NCBI GenBank assembly: GCA_030141605.1
Contig: JAQGDQ010000026.1
Span: 868,001-932,000 of the forward strand
From: Tubiluchus corallicola
Lineage: Eukaryota > Animalia > Priapulida
Length of the DNA stretch: 64,000 nt
Direction: 5' to 3'
Part shown: positions 1-16,316 of the stretch, in pieces
How positions within the stretch are numbered: position 1 is the stretch's first letter
How the letters are laid out: each line of letters opens with the position of its first letter
The notes under the pieces: generated by a model
The model's input: the letters and a program-made list of their open reading frames with translations, nothing else
The model's database searches: none
What the model was told of the DNA's origin: nothing
Position numbers and translations under genes: made by a program

Positions 1-541
1 AAAAATTCTGGAGCCTGCTACAGATGTGGATTGCTCGATCATTATGGACGTGACCCAAATTGCCCAGCCAAAGGTCAAACGTGCAAAAAGTGTGGTGGCA
101 GAGATCATTTTGCCAAGGTATGCAAGACTAAATTAAATAAGTTGAATAAAACTGGGACCAAATATGCTAATGTTAATCAAGTGAAAAATGATTCAGATGA
201 TGAAAACTGTCACTATGTTTTTGTAATACAAGATCGCCTGAAAACAAACATGATAACTGTCAATGCAGGTGGTGTAGACATGGAGGCAATGGTGGACTCT
301 GGTGCTACTTGCAATCTTATTGATGAAAAGACGTGGGAAAACTTAAAGCGAAATAAAATCAAATGCAAATCATGCGTGGCTTCATCTGGAAGAAAGCTGT
401 ATACCTATGCTTCAAAGGAGCCTCTATCGATTAAAGGCACATTCACATGTGAAGTTAAAACTGGTCAAAAATGGACAGATGCTGAATTTGTTGTAATCCA
501 TGGTGAAGGTGTTCCATTGTTGGGTGAGGAAACTGCGACAA
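1..541 (+). mobile_element. Gypsy/Ty3 LTR retrotransposon gag C-terminus and aspartic protease (fragment)
   Basis: Two zinc knuckles (CYRCGLLDH..C, CKKCGGRDHFAKVC) and protease motif MVDSGA in ORF 31..594. Homology ends at the junction at 541. Confidence 0.92.
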
Positions 542-2789
542 TGACGAGCAAACACATCTTCACAGCAGTCTATGACCTTATCCACTGTCGTTGACATCAT
601 CACTGCATACTCGTAGTATCGACTGTAATAATCAATGATTACTAATATAGAATGACCAGAAGGTAATGGACCAAGTAAGTCAATGGCAAGGTCCTGCCAT
701 GGTCCATCTGGCAATACCGTAGGCCTAAATGGTTCTGGCGGATCAGGACGAGCAACAATTTGACATCCATGGCATGACTTGCAAAATTTCTCAGCTGCTT
801 TATCCATGCCAGGCCACCACACCTTGGTTCGAAGGTTTTGTTTTGTGCCAACAATTCCTAAGTGCCCTTCATGTGCCAGACTCAAAGCTTGCATTCTCAA
901 CTTAGTAGGTAGAATAATACGTGTTCCCCGTAAGACTAATTGTCCAACTATGCACAATTCTCCCGCTATGGGTGCATAGTATTTACAGTTTTCTAATTTG
1001 CCAGTCTTTATAGCATTTCTAACACACTTCAGTTCTTCATCAGAACCTGACAATTGTTCCACTTCCTTAGTTGTTAATTGCATTAGGAGTTGCTTCAACT
1101 GCAATGAACTGTACATACTCCTCTGCACCATGTTCATGATTGTTGGTATCTTCTACTCTTAAAAGACGTGATAGTCGATCAGCAATGTTCTGTTGTCCTG
1201 GCACGTAAACTACTTTATAGTCATACGGTTGCAATCGTAGTACCCAACGTTCTATCCGTGCACATGGTTTCGATCTAGGTCCGTAAATAGTTTGCAAAAC
1301 TTTATGGTCAGTTAACAGTTCAAACTTGCGTCCATATACGTATGCATGAAATCGTTCGCATGCCCAGACCAGTGCTAAAGCCTCTTTCTCCGTTTGTGAG
1401 TATCTTCTCTCACATGCTGTCAAACTACGACTTGCATAGCAGACTGGTTGCATGTCACCATCTTTCTTTTGAATCAATACAGCTCCAAGACCAACCGGCC
1501 CTGCATCAGCTATCACTTTAATTGGTGCATCTTTATCATAATAAGCCAGTGTAGCAGCTTTTGCCAACTTTTGTTTCAGCAACTTGAATGCTTCCTTCTG
1601 TTCTGGTCCAAATTTAAATGGTTCTCCTTTTCGAGTTAGCTTACGAAGCGGTTCCGATATAGTAGCGAAATCTGGGATAAATCGGCTACTGAATTAACGA
1701 GTCCTAAGAAGCTACGAACTTCCGATACAGTTTCCGGCTCTCGTGCATCTTCGATGGCTCTTACTCGCTCTCCAGTTGGACCTATACCTTTCTCAGATAG
1801 AAGTATCCCCATGAAAACTAACCGATTCATACCGATGATACATTTGTTTGGGTTCAAGGTCAAGCCAATTTCAGATAATCTCTGCAGGACAGCTAACAAT
1901 CGTACATAGTGTGTATCTTCATCTGGACCATATACAGCTATGTCATCAGAAATATTTTGTACACCCTCGAGTCCAGCCAGGGCAGAACTTATCATGTACT
2001 GGTATTGTTCGCTTGCCGAATTGACCCCAAACAGAAGTCGTTTGTATCGATATAGTCCTGAGTGTACCACAAAGGTTGTTATCTCATGCGATTTTTCAGA
2101 TAATTCAAGTTGGTGATACCCCCATTTTAGGTCTAGTTTGCTAATTACCTTTGAACCATTCATGTTTTGCAGTTCTTCATCAACTGTCGGAATCGGATGA
2201 CGTCCTCTGATAATTGCCTCATTTGCACAGCGCATATCAACACATAACCGGATGTCACCTTTGTCCTTTGGTGCAACCACTACAGGGTTGACCCAAAGGG
2301 TTGGACCATCTACCGGTTCAATGATATCTAGATTTAAAAGTTCCTGGATCTTCTCCTCAACTTTGCCCCTTAAATTGAAGGGAGTTCTCCTTAGCGGTTG
2401 TGCAACAGGTGTTACTGTTTCATCAATGTGCAACTCCACCTGCCTGGTTTTGAGTTTGCCAACACCTTGAAACACTTCTGGAAATTTCGTTTTCAAACTG
2501 TTAAGTGTTAATTTCTCACTACTCACGGCAGCAACTTCGGTGCCCATTTTCAGTACTCCCAATTTTGTCGCAGTTTCACCCAACAATGGAACACCTTCAC
2601 CATGGATTACAACAAATTCAGCATCTGTCCATTTTTGACCAGTTTTAACTTCACATGTGAATGTGCCTTTAATCGATAGAGGCTCCTTCGAAGCATAGGT
2701 ATACAGCTTTCTTCCAGATGAAGCCACGCATGATTTGCATTTGATTTTATTTCGCTTTAAGTTTTCCCACATCTTTTCATCAATAAGAT
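541..2789 (-). mobile_element. Inverted pol segment of the same Gypsy element: protease tail, RT, RNase H, truncated integrase
   Basis: RT (LCVDMR, KLDLKWGYHQ, NISDD) in ORF 1636..2772; RNase H (ADAGPVGLG, YSQTEKEAL, TDHK) in 1067..1582; integrase HHCC (HEGH..CHGC) and IDLLGP in 424..1137. Frameshifts near 1690 and 1075; integrase cut at VFARH. Confidence 0.93.
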
Positions 2790-5240
2790 GTTTGGTGGTG
2801 TTTATCGTAGCCCTTCTTCATCCCGCAAAGACAATGTAAATCTGTTGAAATTACTTAAAGAATGAAATAGTTTCAGTGCCAAAAATTATCTGTGTGGATT
2901 TTAATTTAAGTGATATCAATCACTACATTAGAAGTCAGCATGGAAACTCAGTTTTTAAACACATTAAGGATAACTATATGGATCAGCTAATAAAATTTCC
3001 AACAAGACATAGAGCGGGAGAAAAACCATCACTAACTGACCCACTGATTATTAACAATGATGAGATGATTAGTGATCTGCAATCACTGCCACCATTTGGT
3101 AAAAAAAGTGATCACTCGGTTATTTCCTTAGCAGTTAATATTCAGCGAGAAATGAAGGATACTAATTTAAGAAAATTTAATTTTTACAAGGCAAACAAAC
3201 ATGCAATTGCCTACAAACTGGAGATGGCAAATTGGGATTCCATTTTTGCAGGAAGGATGCTAGTAGGTGCTGTGCAGAATTTGAGGCAGTCATCCAGTCT
3301 ATTTCAACAAATATATACAAAAGCAAAAAACCGCGAAGGTAGTTAAACCTAGATAGTTCAATGAAGAAGTGTGACATAAAGTAAAGGAAAAGAAGGCCGC
3401 ATTGAAAAGGTACGACAGGCAAATTCAGTGAACATTCATGTCACATATACCATTGCTAGGAATAATGCAACTGCTGCAATTCGCAATGCCACAAAAATTA
3501 TGAAAAAAAGCTTTCTAGAGAATGTTCAACCAACCCAAAAGCCTTTTGGTCATATATTAACTCTAATATGATGAATAAGGAACATGTGCATTTACTAAAA
3601 CGAGAGAACGGTAGTGTTGCTTCCACTGATGCTGATAAAGCACATACTCTACAAGACGACTTCACGTCGGTTTACACTAATGAAGATTTAACACACAGCG
3701 ATATTTACACAGCAAACTAATGTCAAATTTGACCTAAAGCTTATAACATATGACAAATTATTCAAGAAAATTATATCCCTACCAACTAATAAATCAATGG
3801 TCCTGTTGAAATTCATGCAAGTGTTTTAGTAAACAACAAAAATGTCTTGATAAAACCTCTTCTTTTTATCATGAATAAAAGTATAGAATTGCGTATATCA
3901 CAGCAATCTTCAAAAAAGGAGATAGGGGCAAGGCAAAAAACTATAGACCTATTAGTTTAACTTCAGTTGTTTGTAAAATTTTAGAGACTATTTTATGAGA
4001 CAAACTTGTCGATCACTTAGTAGGTAATAATTTCTGACAACCAACATGGCTGCAGAACAGGAAAATCATGTGTCACTAATCTCTCTGAAACTACAGAAAA
4101 TTGGCTGGAAATCTTGGATACAGATGGAATGGTGGATGTGATATACTACGATTTCCTGAAGGCGTTCGATCACATCCCGCATGAGAGGCTCTTATGTAAA
4201 CTTTAAGCATATGGTATTGACGGTCATTTACTAATATGGATTCGCAGTTTCACGTACGGAAGAATGCAAAGTGTGGTAGCAAATGGTCACAAATCAGAAT
4301 GGAGACTTAGACTTGTCTCAAGTGGTATATTCCACAGGGAAGTGTTCTAGGACCAGTTTTATTCACAATATTCATTAATGATCTACCGAGCATATTTACT
4401 TGTGGAAATAAGCTATTTGCAGACGACTCCAAAATATATGATAGAGTAATTGCCATTGAGGATTAAAATCATATACAAAGTAATGTACAACTTGCAGACA
4501 AGTGGTGCAATACTTGGCAAATGAATTTAACCATGACAAATGTAAAGTCATGAAAATAGGCAACCAAATATCCAGTGAATCACCATATATCATGACACCT
4601 AATGGCAGTCTCAGATCTTTCGAATATGTATCTGAGGAAAAAGACCTTGGCATTACTGTGAATAACAAGCTTCAGTTTATAAGTCGCAGTCATGATATAT
4701 TGCAGAAGGCACACAGCAGATTAACGTGAATAAAGTGTAACTTCAGATACTTGGATACTGGTATGTTAATCAACCTCTACAAATCCATGGTAAGGCCAAT
4801 CTGAGATTATGCTGATGCGACCTGGAATTCATCTAGACATGACATGATTCGTGAGGTCGAAAGTATTCAGCGTCGAACAACTGGAATGATACCTAGTATA
4901 GCAGAAAAATCATATCCTGATAGAATAAGACATTTAGGACCTTCAACACTCAAATACAGAAGACACAGGCAGGATATGATCCAGACATTTAGGATCCTTA
5001 AGGGCATTGACCATATAGACAGTAACCAAAAATTTGAACTCCAGAGACATCATAGGACAAGAGGACATTTATTCAAAAAACAAGAAATCTGTTACAAAAT
5101 GGGGATGAAAACATAATTTCTTTGCAGCTCGTGTTGTAAATGCTTGGAATAAGCTCCCTGAATATGTAGTGAGTGTTTCTTCAGTTTCTCAATTTAAATC
5201 TCGATTAGATCAGCTCTGGGCTAATCACTCAGAGAAATAC
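2790..5240 (+). mobile_element. 5'-truncated, decayed CR1-type LINE ORF2 (APE endonuclease + RT)
   Basis: GVYRSP, DFNL, SDH (endonuclease); NYRPISLTSVVCKILE, DFLKAFD, PQGSVLGP, FADD (RT); KCKVM, EEKDLG, LYKSMVRP, RTRGH (C-terminal). Many stops and frameshifts. Confidence 0.9.
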
Positions 5241-5673
5241 ATTGATCCTAGACTTCTGCAATGGCAACAAGACACTTGGATTTTTGAGGGAACCTGACAC
5301 TATTGATTGTACAAAGAAGAACATACTGATACTATCTTTCGGTTAGTATCGTTAGCGCCACCACCTACTAGAAAACTTAAAATAAATAAAGCAACCAGAG
5401 AAGATCGGAGGGGTAAAAGCAGTCATTTATGCTTAATCCATATCCATGCTGTAAGCTTATTTTATATATTTTATTCACACCCTTTGTGGTAAATTTACTG
5501 TAACAAATTAATTGTTTATAACTTAATAAATTCTTGGTTATTTTTTAACTTAGTAATTGATTAGGCCTATGAGTACTGCTGTTTGATTACTAATACTCGA
5601 ATACTACTAGAAGAAGGCTTCAGCCTAATTTAGCTTACTTATTATACAGTTATTAAACATTTAGCAAAAGACT

Positions 5674-6567
5674 CGGGGCCAACTCTAGGTAGTTTGACAC
5701 CTTAGTCAGAAGAATTTTTAGCAACCCTTCCTTAACGGTCAACCACGCAGTCCCCACTACATCCCAAAATTGAATTTTTTTGTATAATATTACCACGAAC
5801 TATAATGGTACCAGTGTGTTAACCTTTTACATTTATACATGTATTATAGCGTATTATTTAAATGTAGTTAATTACCTATCTACAGCTTGTGTTGATTGAA
5901 TTTGAAATGCATGTTGTACGTGTGGATTTTATAGAGCAATCAAATTTCTGTAATTTCTGCTTCGCCTGGCTTAGATTTTTACTCAGCCGTTTCATCATAA
6001 ATTTTTGAAACCCTAACTCCACTTTTTCACATATACATCCATTTCACTAGTTTCATCATCTTCACAACCGTAAATCCAGTCTGGTTGCAAATGATTCATT
6101 AGCAAATCTTGTTGCTGTTCACTCGTCGCTATTTGCCAACTTTTTTACCTTTCGTTTCCTGTATTCCTCTCCTGATGACTTAAATTCTTATAGGTTTTGT
6201 CTGCCATAATTAGATTAATGCTATTGGAAGAAACTTTTTTATTAATGAAAGATCATTACTATAAGTACTATATTACTATAAGTTGGAATTTGTCTATTTT
6301 TACCAACTCCTTTAACAATAAGGGTACTCCCAAGTCCCAATTCCAACTCCAGAACCATAATTTTTAACAATTCGAACTCCTTTAGCAATAAATTTACTTG
6401 CCGACTCCGACTCCACAGCACTGGTTGTGCACGTAAGCAACTACACATACATTATGTTATTACTTATGCTAAACTTAAAATTGAAAGGCTTACTTCTAGA
6501 ATTTGACGCCCCCAAATTTGGCACCCTAGGCAATGGCCTAGTTCGACTAAAGGTAGAGCCAGCCCTG
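5674..6567. mobile_element. Non-autonomous hAT DNA transposon with 8-bp TSD
   Basis: Imperfect TIRs CGGGGCCAACTCTA / TAGAGCCAGCCCTG; identical flanks AAAAGACT at 5666-5673 and 6568-6575. A second hAT-like end (CCGACTCCGACTCCACAGCACTG, 6401-6423) is nested inside. Confidence 0.8.
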
Positions 6568-6863
6568 AAAAGACTCATTAGATCTGCGGTCTTATATGCA
6601 CTGTTCTATTCACTATTATTATAGCTTTATTTGGAAAATACAATATGCAATTTTGTTTCTATGTGTTGCAATGATGGTGACATTTGTTTATAAGTTATTA
6701 AATTCTTATGTATTATCTTACACTATTTGAGTAATATTTACCTTTACTTGAAAAACCTGTTTTCCAGAGTCATAATTTTTTAGTATATTCTTGTTACTTT
6801 TTACATTGATGGACTAAAGTAAATGTGTATTTTGTGTGTTTTTACATTTTGATTTTATTTCAG

Positions 6864-11674
<4,811 letters not shown>

Positions 11675-11697
11675 ATTTGATGCAAGCAGATTTGGGT

Positions 11698-11955
11698 AAT
11701 AAAGGTACCTATTTTTTAAGAAAATTTTTCATTGCCAGTTGTGCCCATAGGTGCTTGCTTTACAGCAACCAAAAATTGCTCATCCCAGGATTGGGTGTTT
11801 CTGCATAACAGTTATCAGAAAACATTTTTAATAAAAACAACAAATCATTTATTGTAGTGGGACAAAAATTACTACTATCCTTGCAAATAAAATGGAAATC
11901 TCAGCTTTAAATCTCACTTTGTTGCTGTTTCATTAACTTTATGATTTTCAATAAA
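11698..11955 (+). terminator. Candidate PDHA1 polyadenylation signals
   Basis: AATAAA at 11698, 11830, 11886 and 11950, downstream of the stop codon. Confidence 0.55.
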
Positions 11956-14200
11956 AGATGGCTATATTTGCATGTATATTGAATAGTGTGATGTAATTAT
12001 TATTGTTTAATTATTTTAGATTTCCACTATGCTGTAAAAAGATAATTTGGATGCTGTGATGGTAATTTGTTGTAGTATGTCAATTTAGGGTATTGTAGAA
12101 TCCTAACTAATTATTTAGCATATAGTACTATTAAAAAAACCTTAAAACTGTGATAGTATTATTATTTCTGTTGCACTGTAGGATGTTGTAGAAGTTGGTC
12201 TGCGTATATGACCTACAAATTGCAATACACTGTGTAATATATATGCCTTGCAATTTAAGGTGCAAGCCTGGGATTTTACAACAGTCACCAGCCATTATTA
12301 GTATCAACTTAACTTCTCTTATAGAAGCTAAAAACCTTTTTATTATTAAGTTAAATTTTATATACATTTCAATTGCTGTCGGTCATTTTGTTATGAAACT
12401 AACATTTTTAATTTTGATAATAATTTAGTTTAATGCTAAACTGATTTACTTGTCAAATTTCTGTTAACTTGTATCACCATCACTGAAAGTAGTTTATAAG
12501 ACACATGTAAGACTAATATAAGACACAACCTCATTAGTCATTACTCTAAGCCAAATACTGTTGGCACTGATATTTGAATTGATTTGATCCACTATAAGAA
12601 CCGAGTAACGCGACATTGTGGAAGACGGCTACTACTGTGGTTGTCTTTATGATTACAGGCTACGATTATGCTTTTGCATTTATATAATTATTGTAAATTA
12701 CCGGCATTCTGCTAGGAAGTGCGCAGTTTCACAAAACACTGATGAAAGTGAGGAAAATTTATATCATTTAGTTTGTGCCATTGTTGGCTACTATTGATTA
12801 TTTCAAAATTAATTCTCAGGATTTTGATGTTATATCTGCAACCTATTGATTTACTTATCTGTTATATTTATTATTGTACGTTTGTAGGATATTTTATTAT
12901 TTGGTATTTAACACTTGGTATGAGATTGGTAACTGTGTTGCTATGGTATTATCTTGGCTCGTTAATAACAACCTGGTGGTAATTTTACTATATATCACTC
13001 TACTTTGATTTTTGTACTTGTAGAGACAAGTAAATAATCTTACATTAGAGAAATAAAGATCTGTGTTGCAAACAGCACATCCATTTTTTTCAGTAGCATA
13101 ATATATCACAGTGTATGCAAAAAAAAGTCAGAAACCATGTAATGCAATTCTCACAGAAATGTCTCTCAAACGAAGTGTCAAGCTGTTATGCCAGTGTTAG
13201 CAGCTAATCATATTAATACAACATTTCATGTATCTAGCATGAATACTAACATCCATGTGTTTTATATGTTATTTTATTAATTTGCACTTTATATCTACAA
13301 TAAGGGCAAATTTGCTTTTTTAGTAGTAAGTGATCTTCATGTTTCTTGTACATGTGTAATTGATTGTGCTGTCCTTGGTATCTATAAATTTCCATAAATA
13401 TCTACTTGTTAGCTAACCGTGCACGGGCTAATTCTCAGGAAAATTCAGCAGAAATAACATAAAAGAAAAACAATTAATCTTTAAAGTCAAGCAGTTATTT
13501 TCGTTAAAACTTGTTAAAAATTGTTTCACTTCAGTTTTTGTCCTGACTATTGTGATTCATTTGCTAACATCATTTCATTCTAGCAATGCATTGTAAGAAT
13601 GGCTGCCACATTAGCACCAACATGTGTCGACAATGTGACCTTGATATCATTTTTTTTTCTCAACAATGTGTTGCATCATAATAATATCATTTGTGTACTG
13701 GATTATAATGAATATTTAAAAAATACAAAATCTTATTATAGACATTAAAAAAATATAACCAAAGTCAGAAAATGTGGTCAGATAAACCAATTATATTGCT
13801 TTAAGAAATTGTAACTCAGCACCAGTGAATGTATAATACATATTTTCTGGACAGAAAACTTTTTTTACATAAAAATTTAACAAGGCCACATGGTGCTTTG
13901 CACAAGTCAGTAGCAACTTCTACCATGGTTCCTGATAAACACTGACGAAATTTGAACTTGCGTAACCACAAAGCCACAGAACCAGTAGAACCATAAAATT
14001 TGACCACCTCATGTAGTTATACTGAGATAGCAAAAGCAGAAACTTGGCTTATTATTACAACGTACTGTACAAGTTGGACGTCAAAGTGAGTAACAATTCA
14101 GTATGCTTTTAACTTAACAATTCACGCAAACAAGATAAAGGGCTAGATAGGTGATAAAATCTGCATATAATTTTATTTGGAAGTAAGTACTCATCTAAAT

Positions 14201-15029
14201 TAGGTGTATTTGGGATCAAGGTCGCCATGATCCCGACACCCAAACTCGAACTTTTTTCAAGCCCTGAGCCCCGTTCCTAAACATTCAGTCCCATCCCGAG
14301 CCCCATTCCCTAACTTTTCATTATGGCCCAATTCCGAACTTTAGCAGTTTATAATATTCAGAAAAAGTAAGGTTTAATTTAAGTTTTTGAGGCATATCGA
14401 GAAAAATGAGCCCTGTACCAAATCATTCATTGCTTAAATTTTTGGAAACTGTCATTTTTATTGAGATTTTATTAACCACGGCTACATGACATTTGTCATT
14501 CGTTATTCTTTGAAACATTTAAAGTAAAAAAACATGATTTACTTTTTGCAGAACATCGAAAGGACAGTGCATTCAGTCACTGCTAAGCATGACCAGTTTA
14601 CTCTAGTGGATGTGGTCTGCCAATAATGTTGGAACAGTTTACAAAAACAGATAAAGGAGTGAGACAGTCTCACAAAAATATTTTGTGTCATTTTTGTCTC
14701 ACTGCTACAACTAGTAGCTTTCTTATCTAAAATCTGCCCAAGCAGTTAATGCTTCTTAGTCAGTTCTTGCATGATAATACTTTGTAAAAATGATTATAAC
14801 TTCACAGCAAAAGGATTGCTTCTGGAAATGTCATTTCTACATTTCTCATAGTCTAGACAACTTTTTTCTTCTTGCATTCTAGGCACATAAGCGGGGTTGG
14901 AAACCCGATCCCGAACTTTTGGTCCCGACTCCGATTCCAACTACTTGATCACAAACCTCGAAAAACACCTGACCTCCAACTCACTTACTATCCTGAACCT
15001 CGATCCTGTCCTAAACCTTGAATACCCTG
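14201..15029. mobile_element. Degenerate hAT-like MITE
   Basis: Ends TAGGTGTATT / AATACCCTG with CCCGA(N)-type subterminal repeats at both ends. No clean TSD. Confidence 0.5.
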
Positions 15030-15485
15030 TATCAGCTTTCAAGCAACATTAAAAAAATAATCATATTAATCATTATAGTCAAATAGTCTTTTGCAAATAA
15101 TCAGCTCTATATCCGTCTACCTTTGCTGTAACAATTACATATAATACAGCCATCAACCCTTCACAATTCACAAGCTTGCAAATGGGTATAAATTTCATTT
15201 GCCTAGGAGACCTAAAAGGTTGTAATCCGGCCCTGTGCAAAAGGTTATTGTTATTTAATTCCACCATAATTGAATGACACCCTCGATGCAAAGTTGATTT
15301 TTCAAATTAATCACAAAAATTTATGCAGAAATAATCAATCACCATTCTTAAAGTAATAAACGTGAGAATTTTGAAGAGACCATTCAAAAATAACAATTAA
15401 CCCGCTGAAAAGGCACAAAGCATCATAAAATGTGTCTGTTGCAGTAGAGTATTATATTTTATGCATATAAAGTCACTGCTGATTT

Positions 15486-16195
15486 TAGGGATGTGCACGA
15501 ATAACCGATTATTCAAAGGTTCGAATGTTTTCTTGCAATTCGAATAATAAAATACTATTTGATATGCAATGTACACTATTACCAACATGCTGTTAGTCAC
15601 TGCTCATTTAACAGGCAAAAAAACAATCAGCCATCTTTCCCGCTATATACGACAGAAAACTATCATTCCGCTGACAGCTCACTGCACAGCCACTGGGAAA
15701 ATGGGTATACTACACACACTTAGGCATTTTCATGGCATCAAAGAGCTTAGAACTTGGTATGGGAACATTTTGAAAAAATTCATTCAAATACTGTAGAATG
15801 TTTAGTTTTGCAAACACAAATTATCAAAAATCAACATGTTCTATGTTAAACCATTTACATACAGCTCATTTTCAAGTTCATAGTGCAGTAATTCACATTA
15901 CAGTTCAGTCCAGATTGATCTTTCCGGATCAACAGCGGGTCATGGCTTCAGAGTTAACATAGTTCAAGCTCAGACAACAGCTTGTGTGTGTGCAAATTTA
16001 TCGCTCCAGTGCAACGATTATCATTCACAGCGATATAGTAGTTGCTGCACTGTATTTTTTGCTTATCTATTTCTACGTGTGGGCTACCTCTATCAGCATG
16101 CATGGAAAATATCGCAGGCTTAAATATTAGTCAATCCGAATAGCTTTTCCTCAAACATTTCAATAATAAACTGTTCGAAATTCTCACGCCTGCTA
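15486..16195. mobile_element. Degenerate hAT-like MITE
   Basis: Left end TAGGGATGTGCACGAAT with CGAAT/TTCGAA subterminal motifs; right end TTCGAAATTCTCACGCCTGCTA. No clean TSD. Confidence 0.5.
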
Positions 16196-16316
16196 GATTT
16201 ACTTTTTTTATTAATTACATTTAAGAAAACAGTCATCTTAATAATGTCTCACTGGTTTATCAACACCAATACAACACAAATAGATCCACAAAATAAATCA
16301 TAAACATAACAGTTAA

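Noticed and set aside
5604-5636. Second hammerhead-like string CTAGAAGAAGGCTTCAGCCTAATTTAG
   Set aside because: A stem II-like hairpin is present, but both core boxes (CUGANGA and GAAA) are broken.
6454-6624. ATG-starting stretch MLLLMLNLKLKG as PDHA1 exon 1
   Set aside because: Starts within the TSD-bounded hAT element, has no convincing donor and does not resemble a transit peptide.
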